From Bacillota bacterium (GTDB taxonomy: Bacteria > Macinerneyibacteriota > Macinerneyibacteria > Macinerneyibacteriales > DSCS01): a stretch of DNA of 64,000 nt. The position numbers and the translations under genes were made by a program. The stretch is taken from contig DSCS01000057.1 in NCBI GenBank assembly GCA_011048995.1, forward strand, positions 2,541-66,540, given 5' to 3'. Below, piece after piece: positions 39,343-48,405 of this stretch. Position 1 is the stretch's first letter; every line of letters starts with the position of its first letter. The notes beneath the pieces were generated by a model. It made no database searches and was not told the origin of the DNA. It saw only the letters and a program-made list of their open reading frames with translations.

Positions 39343-39444
39343 TCTTCCTCCTATCCCTTCTGTCGGGACATTTCCCGGCATGTTAAAACCGTGTTGACAT
39401 AAAGCTAATTTACCATAAAATCTATCTATCGTGAAGGAGGAGTC

Positions 39445-40119
39445 ATGAAAAGCGCATTTTTTATTCGAATGTTCCCGAAGGAGACCCCGATCAAGCTGCT
39501 TATTGAACATGCCGCCATATTAGAAGAGATCAGCCGCCTGATCAAACCCCTGATTGAGTCCTGGTTTCAGAATAAGGATATTTACGAGGAGATGAGGTTT
39601 ATTTCCAAAAGAGAGAGCGATGCCGATGAAATAAAATTTCAGATCCGGAAAATGCTGTCTCAAAGCGTACGAACCCCTTTTGCCGTCAAAGATATTCTGG
39701 ATTATTTGCATTTACAGGATTCTCTTATCGACCGTTTTGAAGATGTGGCAAAAAAACTTTCTCTCAACAAAGTCGAAGGGCTGGATGATTATATCAAAGA
39801 AAAAGTCATGGAGCTGACTGACCAGGTCATTCAATCCATCGACTATTTAGAAGATATGATCCGGGAAGTCCGCAAAGTCATCACTTATTCCTTTCCTTCA
39901 AAGCTTCTCAAAAAGGAAGCTAACAGCTATGTCAAAATCGAGGATATTGAGAATAAAGTAGACGATATTTCCATTGAGATCGGCAAATGGATCTACTCGA
40001 AGAAGAAAGAGATCAATCCTGTCGACTTGATCTTTTTCCGGGAAATGGTTCTGATTCTTGTCCATATTACTGACAGGGCCGAAAATACAGCTGAATTGCT
40101 CAACGCATTTCTGAAATAA
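39445..40119 (+). CDS. DUF47/PhoU-like phosphate transport regulator
   Basis: ESDADEIK, QDSLIDRFED, IENKVD, ITDRAEN; precedes the PiT gene; TTGACA/TAAAAT promoter upstream. Confidence 0.88.
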   Translation: MKSAFFIRMFPKETPIKLLIEHAAILEEISRLIKPLIESWFQNKDIYEEMRFISKRESDADEIKFQIRKMLSQSVRTPFAVKDILDYLHLQDSLIDRFEDVAKKLSLNKVEGLDDYIKEKVMELTDQVIQSIDYLEDMIREVRKVITYSFPSKLLKKEANSYVKIEDIENKVDDISIEIGKWIYSKKKEINPVDLIFFREMVLILVHITDRAENTAELLNAFLK

Positions 40120-40129
40120 AGGAGATGAT

Positions 40130-41335
40130 ATGACCATTCTTATCATAGCAGCCGTTATCGGGTTTGTCATGTCTATGGCCATCGGCGCCAATGACGTCGC
40201 CAACTCCATGGCTACCGCTGTAGGAGCAAAAGCGATCACCATCAAACAGGCGGTTATCATCGCAGCTCTTTTGGAATTTACCGGAGCTTTTTTCTTCGGA
40301 AAGATGGTGACCGAGACCATACGCAAAGGTATTGTCGACCCCTCGCTGATCAAAGAACCTAATATCATGATCGCCGGAGCTTTTGCCGCTTTGGTTGCTG
40401 CAGCTCTCTGGGTCTTTATCTCAACCTTCTTTGCCCTGCCCATTTCCACAACCCATGCTGTAGTCGGGGGGATGACGGGATTCGGGATCGTGGCCGTGGG
40501 CTGGGGAGCCATCAATTGGGGCAAAATGCTTTTCATAGTCTCCAGCTGGTTTCTCTCTCCGCTTTTGGGAGGAATCCTGGCCTATCTGGTTTTTCGTTTT
40601 ATCTCCTGGGCGATTTTACATCGTGAATTTCCTCTCACTGCCGCGAGAAAAGTGGGCCCTTTTCTCATCGGCCTGACTTTTTTCATCGTCATGCTGATGT
40701 TTTTTTCTAAAGCGCTTCATATGGATATCAATTCCAAACCCCTTCTGTGGTCTTCTCTTTTCGGCGTTGGCGTGATGGTTTTAAGTTTTTTCATCCTGAA
40801 AAGAGTCAAACCGAAAAATGACGAATACGGCGCCGTTGAAAGAATCTTCAGGAAAATGCAAGTCGTTACTTCCTGCTACGTCTCCCTTTCCCACGGAGCC
40901 AATGATGTGGCTAATGCTATCGGGCCTTTGGCAGCCATTTATGCCGTTGTCACGACAGGAGTCGTCGGTGCCCAGGCGGGAATCCCCAAATATCTTCTGG
41001 GCTTAGGCGGCCTGGGTATCGCTTTAGGCGTCGCTGTTTTGGGATACCGGGTCATGCAGACAGTGGGGGATAATATTACAGAATTGAATAATACGCGCGG
41101 ATTTTCCATTGACTTTTCAACAGCCACCACTGTCTTTTTGGCTTCTGTCTTCGGACTTCCTGTCTCCTCCAGTCATACGGTGGTCGGCTCCATTGTGGGC
41201 GTGGGCATGGCCCGCGGCCTGGAAGCGATCAACCTGGATATTATAAAAAAAATCGCCCTCTCCTGGCTTTTGACAGTTCCATTGTCCGCCGTGACGGCGG
41301 CTTTATTGTATAAACTTTTCATCGGGTGGTTTTAA
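40130..41335 (+). CDS. Inorganic phosphate transporter (PiT family)
   Basis: Two GANDVAN signatures; PISTTH, PVSSSH. Confidence 0.93.
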   Translation: MTILIIAAVIGFVMSMAIGANDVANSMATAVGAKAITIKQAVIIAALLEFTGAFFFGKMVTETIRKGIVDPSLIKEPNIMIAGAFAALVAAALWVFISTFFALPISTTHAVVGGMTGFGIVAVGWGAINWGKMLFIVSSWFLSPLLGGILAYLVFRFISWAILHREFPLTAARKVGPFLIGLTFFIVMLMFFSKALHMDINSKPLLWSSLFGVGVMVLSFFILKRVKPKNDEYGAVERIFRKMQVVTSCYVSLSHGANDVANAIGPLAAIYAVVTTGVVGAQAGIPKYLLGLGGLGIALGVAVLGYRVMQTVGDNITELNNTRGFSIDFSTATTVFLASVFGLPVSSSHTVVGSIVGVGMARGLEAINLDIIKKIALSWLLTVPLSAVTAALLYKLFIGWF

Positions 41336-41976
41336 GAGTGAGAAGCCGGCTGCGCACCATCAATCTTCCTCAGGAGGAGTGGGATCATTATGTCCTGCCG
41401 ATCGGTGAGACAACTTTGTCAGGACCGCTCTTTGATTATATGAGCAGCTGCGCCCTGGTCATTGAATGCTGTTGCGGCAAAGGGGAATTCCTTGCAGAAG
41501 AAGCAAAAAAACATCCCAATAAACATTTCCTGGGGATCGATTATGCTTATCCGGTGGTCCAGCGGGCTGTAAAACGCGCGCATGCTCATCAACTCGACAA
41601 TATTCGTTATTTACATACAACGATCGAACAAGCCTTTTCCTTGATTCCCCGGTTTTCAAATTTAGAACGTATTTACATTAATTTTTCCGACCCCTGGCCC
41701 AAAAAGCGACATTGGAAAAGAAGAGTCATACAGAAAGAGATTCTGACCATGATTCATCGCATCATGAATGAGCACACGACCCTTTACATCGTTACTGATC
41801 ACCCGGACTACAAAGATTGGATCCGCGAACAGCTTAAGGCAGTCGGCACCCTTCTCGCACCTGTTTATAATGACTGGGCCGTGAATCATTTGGAGGAATT
41901 TCACGAATCAGATTATATGAATAAGGGATTAGCCCGGGGATATACCATTACTTTTTTTTTGGCTCGAAAGATCTGA
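41326..41976 (+). CDS. trmB: tRNA (guanine-N7)-methyltransferase
   Basis: CGKGEFL, FLGID, NFSDPWPKKRH, VTDHPDY. Confidence 0.85.
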   Translation: MVLRVRSRLRTINLPQEEWDHYVLPIGETTLSGPLFDYMSSCALVIECCCGKGEFLAEEAKKHPNKHFLGIDYAYPVVQRAVKRAHAHQLDNIRYLHTTIEQAFSLIPRFSNLERIYINFSDPWPKKRHWKRRVIQKEILTMIHRIMNEHTTLYIVTDHPDYKDWIREQLKAVGTLLAPVYNDWAVNHLEEFHESDYMNKGLARGYTITFFLARKI

Positions 41977-42001
41977 TAACCCATTAAACAAGGAGGTTTT
42001 G

Positions 42002-42313
42002 ATGAAATTTAAAAATGTCACTGTCATCGCCAAATCCAATGTCTACGATAACGGCAAAGTCACCAGCCGGACACTTCTTTTTCAAGACGGGACAAAAAAG
42101 ACACTGGGTATCATGATGCCCGGACGCTATCATTTTAACACGGCCGCTTCTGAGCTTATGGAAGCTCTCGGCGGAACAGCCCGTGTTTTGATCCGGGATA
42201 CCGATAATTGGATCACGGTCTCGGAAGGGGAATCGTTTTCAGTCCCGGCGGATTCTTCATTTGATATTGAAGTCATAGAACTCTTTGATTATTGTTGTTC
42301 TTACAATGTCTGA
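42002..42313 (+). CDS. ppnP: Pyrimidine/purine nucleoside phosphorylase
   Basis: NVYDNGKVTSR, KTLGIMMPG, FSVPADSSF, DYCCSY. Confidence 0.9.
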   Translation: MKFKNVTVIAKSNVYDNGKVTSRTLLFQDGTKKTLGIMMPGRYHFNTAASELMEALGGTARVLIRDTDNWITVSEGESFSVPADSSFDIEVIELFDYCCSYNV

Positions 42314-42319
42314 TACACT

Positions 42320-42356
42320 TTGCGGGGCTTTTTTAATAAAGACCCCGCAATTTCCT
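42320..42356 (+). terminator. Probable intrinsic terminator
   Basis: TTGCGGGG...CCCCGCAA hairpin followed by TTTCCTT. Confidence 0.6.
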
Positions 42357-42416
42357 TAAAACTCCTTATTGAAAAAACATCTCCCTTCCTTATACTCATT
42401 GTATAAAGGAGGCTTT

Positions 42417-43190
42417 ATGCAAAACGAAACGTTGAATCTTCTACTGAATAGAAAATCCGTTCGCGCATTTACAGCGCAAAACCCCGATGAACGAAATGTC
42501 AAAGCTCTTACGGATGCCGCCTGCCAGGCCCCTTTTGCTTATCAGGCCTATTCAATACTTTTACGCCGCGATCGTTCAAAGAACCCCTTTCAGGCTCCCC
42601 TCTATTTTATTTTCTGCGCTGATCTGTTTAAGCTGGAAAAAATCATTGAAAAGCGGGGTTGGAAAAGATCTATGAATGACATATTTACTCTTCTGCTCTC
42701 TTTTCAAGACGCTGCTTATGCAGCCCAAAACCTGGTGGTTGCAGCAGAAAGCCTGGGAATGGGCAGTTGCTATATCGGAGGGGCCCCGTTAGGAGCTTTG
42801 TCCCTTAAAACAGAATTTGACCTTCCCGAAAAAGTTTTCCCTCTGGTCGGCCTTTCAGTGGGATATCCCGCCGAAAATCCTCCTGTCAGGCCCCGTTTTC
42901 CTCGTTCTTTTACAATAATCGAAGGGAAATACCCCCGCTGGGATGAAAAGAATCTGAACGAAGCCATGGAGAGAATGGATAAAGGGTATCTTGATCAGGA
43001 TTATTATAAAAAGTCCGGTTATCAGATCCCCCTTCCTCCCGGCAAAGAAGAAAACTATACTTTTGAGACATATTCATGGACAGAACATATTTCACGTAAA
43101 TTCGGACTTTGGGAAAAATCATCGGAAAGGATCTTAAGCCTTTTCGATCAATGCGGCTTTTTTAAAGATTGCAGTAAAGACGATCATTAA
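42417..43190 (+). CDS. Nitroreductase family protein (NfsA-like)
   Basis: RKSVRAF, DAAYAAQN, AESLGMGSCYIG, VGYP...RPR. Confidence 0.88.
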   Translation: MQNETLNLLLNRKSVRAFTAQNPDERNVKALTDAACQAPFAYQAYSILLRRDRSKNPFQAPLYFIFCADLFKLEKIIEKRGWKRSMNDIFTLLLSFQDAAYAAQNLVVAAESLGMGSCYIGGAPLGALSLKTEFDLPEKVFPLVGLSVGYPAENPPVRPRFPRSFTIIEGKYPRWDEKNLNEAMERMDKGYLDQDYYKKSGYQIPLPPGKEENYTFETYSWTEHISRKFGLWEKSSERILSLFDQCGFFKDCSKDDH

Positions 43191-44116
43191 AAAATTGACA
43201 AGCCGCTGATTGTCGTAAAACGGTCTAAGGCTTCGATCCCCCGTAGAGAATTACCCCTTTCATTCAGCCCGGGACCCCATGCCGCCATAGAAAAATGGCC
43301 CGGTAAAACAGCGACAATGCCGCCCCCTACGCCGCTTTTTGCCGGCAGCCCCACGCGGTAAGCGAATTCCCCTGATTCATTATAAAGCCCTGAAGTCATC
43401 ATAAGAGAATTGAGGCGTTTTGTCAGCGAGAAGGTCAAAACAGGCTCTTCAAACCTCTGATGGATCCCCTTTTGCGCCAGAAAACGGAAAGCACGAGCTA
43501 AATCGATACAGCTCATGGCAATGGAGCAATGGTTGCAATAGAGATTGAGAACATCTTCCACTTCTCCCCCGATATTTCCGAAACTCTTCATAAAATGAGT
43601 TAAGGCCGCATTGCGGTGAGCCGCTCTCTTTTCAGACAAAGCCACTCTCTCATCGATCAGTATTGAGTTATTCGCAGAGAGCATTCTGACAAAAGTCAGT
43701 ATTTTGTCCCGCGGGTCAGGATGGGCCTCCAGAAGCATATCAGCGACAACCAAAGCCCCGGCATTGATAAAGGGATTACGGGGAATCCCTTGCTCATTTT
43801 CCAACTGTATCAGCGAATTAAAGGGATGTCCCGAAGGCTCCCTGCCGACCCTGCTCCAGACTTCATTCCCCAATTCACGCAAAGCAAGAGTTAAAGTGAA
43901 GACTTTTGAAATACTTTGAATTGAAAACGGGATATCCGCATCTCCGACAGAATAAAGGCCGCCTTTGGTATCTATAAGCGCCATACCGAAATGATCGGTT
44001 GAAATTTCAGCCAAAGCGGGAATATAATCGGCCGCGTGCCCCTTTCCGGCTAAAGGGCGCGTCTCTTCACAGACCCTCTCTAAAAGTCCTTGATAGTCTA
44101 TGGTATCCATATTCAC
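43187..44116 (-). CDS. glsA: Glutaminase
   Basis: ADYIPALA, SIQSISK, NPFINAGA, LPAKSGVGGG. Confidence 0.94.
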   Translation of the reverse strand: MNMDTIDYQGLLERVCEETRPLAGKGHAADYIPALAEISTDHFGMALIDTKGGLYSVGDADIPFSIQSISKVFTLTLALRELGNEVWSRVGREPSGHPFNSLIQLENEQGIPRNPFINAGALVVADMLLEAHPDPRDKILTFVRMLSANNSILIDERVALSEKRAAHRNAALTHFMKSFGNIGGEVEDVLNLYCNHCSIAMSCIDLARAFRFLAQKGIHQRFEEPVLTFSLTKRLNSLMMTSGLYNESGEFAYRVGLPAKSGVGGGIVAVLPGHFSMAAWGPGLNERGNSLRGIEALDRFTTISGLSIF

Positions 44117-44153
44117 CTGAGCCCTCCTTTACGACTTTTAAACGGCTTCGATT

Positions 44154-44528
44154 TTAAGGTTTGAAAGCGAAATAAACCGCTAAAATCAAAAACAAAAAAG
44201 CAATCCCGTGGTTGATTCGCAAATCCCCTGTTTTAAAAATAACGTGAGCAATGATCATAAAGACAGAAAGAGAAATCGTTTCCTGAAGAATTTTAAGCTG
44301 AACCAGAGTAAAGGGGCCCCCATTTTCATTAAACCCGATACGGTTTGCCGGGATTTGAAAAGAGTACTCAAAAAAAGCAATACTCCAGCTGATTACAATA
44401 ATGAAGAAGAGACTCATCTCTGAAAAAAAGCGAAAGGATTTCATCTTAAGATGACCATACCAAGCAAGGGTCATAAAGACATTGGATATAAAAAGGAGAA
44501 GAAGTATCAACAGTGTTTTTTTTATCAT
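44154..44528 (-). CDS. DMT-superfamily membrane protein (DUF486-like)
   Basis: SNVFMTLAWYGHL, SWSIAFFEY, PANRIG, QLKILQE. Confidence 0.85.
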   Translation of the reverse strand: MIKKTLLILLLLFISNVFMTLAWYGHLKMKSFRFFSEMSLFFIIVISWSIAFFEYSFQIPANRIGFNENGGPFTLVQLKILQETISLSVFMIIAHVIFKTGDLRINHGIAFLFLILAVYFAFKP

Positions 44529-44582
44529 CGTTTATCTGCAGAAGAATAAGCGTCTGAATAAATAAATCAAGATATTTGTTTT

Positions 44583-45956
44583 TTAAATCAGAGGAATCCG
44601 ACGATAGCGTTCCAAAGCTTCTATGCGTTCCTTCTGATGATCCACAAGGGGCTTCGGATAGGCTGATGCAGAGGCCCGGGATGCTTTTCCCGGAAGAAAA
44701 AAGAGAGAAGGATCTACCGTTGCCAGTTCAGGAATCCACTTCTTGACATACTCTCCCCGCGGGTCAAAGCGTTTTTGCTGGAGCCACGGGCTCATCACCC
44801 GGAAATAGGGAACGCTGTCACATCCCGTTGACGCCGCCCATTGCCAATTCCCATTATTAGACGCCGGGTCATAATCCTTCAAATGACGGGCAAAATGGCG
44901 CTCTCCTTCTCGCCAATGAATATGGAGGTCTTTGACAAGAAAAGAAGCTGCCACCATGCGTACTCTATTATGCATAGATCCCGTCTGAAGAAGTTCCCGC
45001 ATTCCGGCATCAACCATTGGGAGCCCGGTTTCTCCCCTGCACCAGCGTAAAAACTTTTCACCGGGCTCATCCCAAAGAATCGAGTCATATTTTTCATGGA
45101 AACTCCCTGAAAAGACACGGGGGAAATGAAAAGCGATGTGTCCGAAAAAGTCACGCCACAGGAGTTCTGAAAGAAAGGGCTCCGCTTCCCGGAGGCTCCT
45201 TTGGGCTTCATGCCATATTTCCCGGGCGGAGAGAGTTCCGAACTTCACATGAGGAGACAGGCCTGAAGTCGCATCTTGAGCCGGGTAGTCTCGAAATCTG
45301 CTGTAATTGTCTGAATATAAAAAATTTTCTAATTTTTCAAGGCCGCGCTCACGCCCACCCTCGTTGAGCGTTTCTGTTTTCTTTTCTCTGAGAGTCTTTA
45401 ACAAAAGGCTTTTTTTCAGAGGCTTTTTTCTATACGATCCCCTGACCGGTTTTTCTGCATCCGGCACTTCACAAGCGAGTGCCTGCCGTTTGAAGGGAGA
45501 ATAAATCCTGAATGGGCTGCCTGCTTTTGTCAGCACTTCTCCCGGAACATGAAGAAGGCTTTGATGAATTCCGTGAAAAGGGATATGATGCTTTCGGCAC
45601 AACTGTTCCCACTTCTCTTCTCTCCTCCTGGCAAAGGGGGTGTAATCTCTTTGACAGAAAAGGCCGCCGATATCATACGTCATAAAAATCGACTCCAAGA
45701 CTTCTTCGGACAAGCCTTCAATAACATTCAGAACTCCTCCTTTTGCAGCAATGTCGCCGAAAAGGGCTTCCAAAGATTCGATCATAAAAGAAAAAGCTTT
45801 GCTGCTGAAAAAATCATTAACGACTCCCTGTCGTTGATCCAAAATAAAGAGGGGGATGACGAGATGGTGCTTTCGCAAAGCTTCATTGAGAGCTCTGTTA
45901 TCCTGCAAACGCAGATCACGAGTAAAAACATAAAGGCCGGGTTTTGCTGCGCTCAT
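44583..45956 (-). CDS. phrB: Deoxyribodipyrimidine photolyase (class I)
   Basis: RDLRLQDN, TSGLSPH, ELLWRDF, MHNRVRM, NNGNWQW. Confidence 0.92.
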   Translation of the reverse strand: MSAAKPGLYVFTRDLRLQDNRALNEALRKHHLVIPLFILDQRQGVVNDFFSSKAFSFMIESLEALFGDIAAKGGVLNVIEGLSEEVLESIFMTYDIGGLFCQRDYTPFARRREEKWEQLCRKHHIPFHGIHQSLLHVPGEVLTKAGSPFRIYSPFKRQALACEVPDAEKPVRGSYRKKPLKKSLLLKTLREKKTETLNEGGRERGLEKLENFLYSDNYSRFRDYPAQDATSGLSPHVKFGTLSAREIWHEAQRSLREAEPFLSELLWRDFFGHIAFHFPRVFSGSFHEKYDSILWDEPGEKFLRWCRGETGLPMVDAGMRELLQTGSMHNRVRMVAASFLVKDLHIHWREGERHFARHLKDYDPASNNGNWQWAASTGCDSVPYFRVMSPWLQQKRFDPRGEYVKKWIPELATVDPSLFFLPGKASRASASAYPKPLVDHQKERIEALERYRRIPLI

Positions 45957-46057
45957 ACTTTAGCATAGCCGAATTTTCCCTGGCCGGAAAGCCTTTAAAA
46001 CCTTTTTGCACTTTGATGTGTCTTTTTTACAGGCCCCTTCAAACGAAAGGAAATGTT

Positions 46058-47047
46058 ATGTTAAAACTCTGGTCTCTTATAACGGCTTTTGGGTTGGCTG
46101 CATTCCCCGGATTTCCTGCTGAACAAAATTCCTCCTTGTTAAAGGGACGTCTTCTCCTTCCGGGCATTGTCAGTACCGGGCTCTTTGAGCGGGATTTCAC
46201 CCTCTCTTCGGATGGAAAAGAAATCTATTTTACTGTTATGGGCCCCGGCTTTTCTGTGATTATGACCACTTCCTTTATAAAAGGAAAATGGACTTCTCCG
46301 GTCCCGGCTTCTTTTTCAGGACACAGGGAATATTTCGATGCAGAGCCTTTTCTTTCTGATGACGGCCGGCGGCTCTATTTTCTTTCCACCCGCCCCCTTC
46401 CGGGAGAATCCGCTCCCTCGGGCTGGGGATATGAAAATATATGGGTGGTCAAAAAGAAAAAGCATGAATGGGGCAAACCTGTCCCTTTGGATAACGCTGT
46501 GAACAATGGGGACAATAATTACTGCCCGACACTGTCAAAAGAGGGCGTACTTTTCTTTACCCGATCCCCCAGGGGGGGAAAACGGGAGGCATTCTTATAT
46601 CAGGCTATCCGGACTTCTGACGGATTATATCTTTCTGAAAGACTGCCTTTTCCCCTCAACAGCCATTCCTTTCAATTCAACAGTTGTGTTGACCCTGAAG
46701 GCAATTTTCTTCTCTTTATCTCTTCCGGCCATGAAAAGAACTTCAACATCAATGATATCTGGGCCTCTTTTTACTCCGAAGAAAAGGGGTGGAGCCATCC
46801 CGTTAATTTAGGGACTTGTGTCAATTTCCCGGGAGGCAACGCTGTTTCTGTCTCCCTTACCCCTGACGGTAAAACAATTGTCTTTGCTTCCCGCTTTTTA
46901 AACACAGAACAGATCCCTCCAGTTTTGACCTATGAAAATATTCATCTTTTCGTCCAAGGGCCTCAAAACGGCTCATCCGATCTTTATGCCATCAGCGCCG
47001 ATATCCTGCTTCCCCTCAGAGAGCAGGCGCGATGGGACGAGGAATAG
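46058..47047 (+). CDS. Secreted PD40/TolB-like beta-propeller protein
   Basis: Repeats SSDGKEIYF, SDDGRRLYFLS, TPDGKTIVFAS; signal peptide from ATG 46058. Confidence 0.8.
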   Translation: MLKLWSLITAFGLAAFPGFPAEQNSSLLKGRLLLPGIVSTGLFERDFTLSSDGKEIYFTVMGPGFSVIMTTSFIKGKWTSPVPASFSGHREYFDAEPFLSDDGRRLYFLSTRPLPGESAPSGWGYENIWVVKKKKHEWGKPVPLDNAVNNGDNNYCPTLSKEGVLFFTRSPRGGKREAFLYQAIRTSDGLYLSERLPFPLNSHSFQFNSCVDPEGNFLLFISSGHEKNFNINDIWASFYSEEKGWSHPVNLGTCVNFPGGNAVSVSLTPDGKTIVFASRFLNTEQIPPVLTYENIHLFVQGPQNGSSDLYAISADILLPLREQARWDEE

Positions 47048-47068
47048 CGGTCAAGCGACACCTTAGTG

Positions 47069-47494
47069 CTACTTTCCCCGGTTTTGCTCGATATAGGCTG
47101 TGACAAAAGCAATGACTTTCGGGCAGATCTCTTTATAATCCCTTTTTTCAAGGGTTTCTGCGCAACTTATGGGATCATTGAGATCGACACCTAAAAGATC
47201 CCGGCATCTCAACGATCCGAATTCTCTGATAACGGCTTCTCCTAAGGAACGGATCTGTTCATAACAAAAATCTTTTTTCTCAGCATTAAAAGCTCCTAAC
47301 ACCATCACTCCGCCGGTGAAGGCTCCGCAGGCTTCCTGCAAGCGCCCCATCCCTCCCCCGAAACCGGCTCCCAAAGAAAAAAGGGTTTTTTCTTCTTCCC
47401 CCAATTCTCCTGCCCATGGAGTGACAACCGCCTGGCAACAATTGCAAGTCCCCCGGAAACGGGCCAAGGCTTCTTTTACTTTTTGGGAATCCAT
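47069..47494 (-). CDS. C-GCAxxG-C-C family redox protein
   Basis: NCCQAV, GFGGGMG, CGAFTG, CRDL, ICP. Confidence 0.85.
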   Translation of the reverse strand: MDSQKVKEALARFRGTCNCCQAVVTPWAGELGEEEKTLFSLGAGFGGGMGRLQEACGAFTGGVMVLGAFNAEKKDFCYEQIRSLGEAVIREFGSLRCRDLLGVDLNDPISCAETLEKRDYKEICPKVIAFVTAYIEQNRGK

Positions 47495-47543
47495 TTTTTC
47501 TCCTTATTTTTCCTTTTTCAATCGTCTTTGCCCCCACTTCTTT

Positions 47544-48071
47544 TCAAGAGCTCCATTTTTCCCAGTGAAGTTTCTCTTCATCCCATTTATCCTTTGGAAG
47601 CGGTTTTTCAACCGCGTACCCGATAGGAATCACGTTTAATGGAATTATTTCCTTTGGAATTGAAAGCAGGGAACGGACCTGCCCAAGACGGCCTTCGTCG
47701 GGATAAAGACCCGTCCAAACCGCGCCCAAGCCCACAGCTTCTGCCGCCAATAAAATATTCTCTGTAGCTGCCGAACAATCCTGAACCCAAAACTTCTCCG
47801 CAACACCCCTGTCATCTTTTCCCGGTCGGCCACAAACCACTATGGCCGCCCCGGCTTCTCGCAGCATAGAAGCATTCGGCAATGTTTCGGCTAAAAGATT
47901 CAATAGGTTTCTTTCTGAAACGACAATAAATTCCCATGGCTGAATATTCATCGCAGAAGGGGCGCACATCCCCGCTTGAACTAAGATCTTTAGCATATCC
48001 CGTTTGATTTTTTTGTTTTTGTCAAAATGTCTGATACTTGTTCGCATCAAAATGAGATTCAAATCATCCAC
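47544..48071 (-). CDS. Nitroreductase family protein
   Basis: RTSIRHF, APSAMNIQPW, QDCSAATEN, GLGAVW; GTG start 48071 after AAGGAG. Confidence 0.88.
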   Translation of the reverse strand: MDDLNLILMRTSIRHFDKNKKIKRDMLKILVQAGMCAPSAMNIQPWEFIVVSERNLLNLLAETLPNASMLREAGAAIVVCGRPGKDDRGVAEKFWVQDCSAATENILLAAEAVGLGAVWTGLYPDEGRLGQVRSLLSIPKEIIPLNVIPIGYAVEKPLPKDKWDEEKLHWEKWSS

Positions 48072-48082
48072 AACATCTCCTT

Positions 48083-48263
48083 TCAGGTTGGCCATAAGAG
48101 GATCATATAGACGATATAGAGAACAAGAAGTCCCCCGCCTTCCAGGCGGCTAAGCCTGAATCCGCTTTTAAAAAAGGGGAAAGCCAGACAAGAGGCTAGA
48201 ACAAAAGTTCCCAAATCCGTCCATGTGATCCCCTGAGCCGTCGGAGGCCGATAAAAGAGACAT
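48083..48263 (-). pseudogene. Relic of a Ca2+/Na+ antiporter (YrbG-like): start region plus out-of-frame C-terminus
   Basis: A start-less frame reads ...RPPTAQGITWTDLGTFVLASCLAFPFFKSGFRLSRLEGGGLLVLYIVYMILLWPT*. The GGAGG and ATG at 48263 are in a different frame. Confidence 0.65.
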
Positions 48264-48283
48264 CTCTTTCAACCTCCTGTCCT

Positions 48284-48319
48284 TTTATCTTAAGATAAAT
48301 CATTCCCGTTACGTGTCAA
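48284..48319 (-). promoter_or_regulatory. sigma70 promoter overlapped by a perfect 16-bp palindrome
   Basis: TTGACA-16 bp-TATCTT; TTTATCTTAAGATAAA at 48284-48299. Confidence 0.55.
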
Positions 48320-48405
48320 GATTTCTCTTGGCTGTTTATCGCTTTATACAGCCCTTTTATCGGTTTTGACTTGGTTATTCAGAATTCTTTATGACAATCA
48401 TAACG

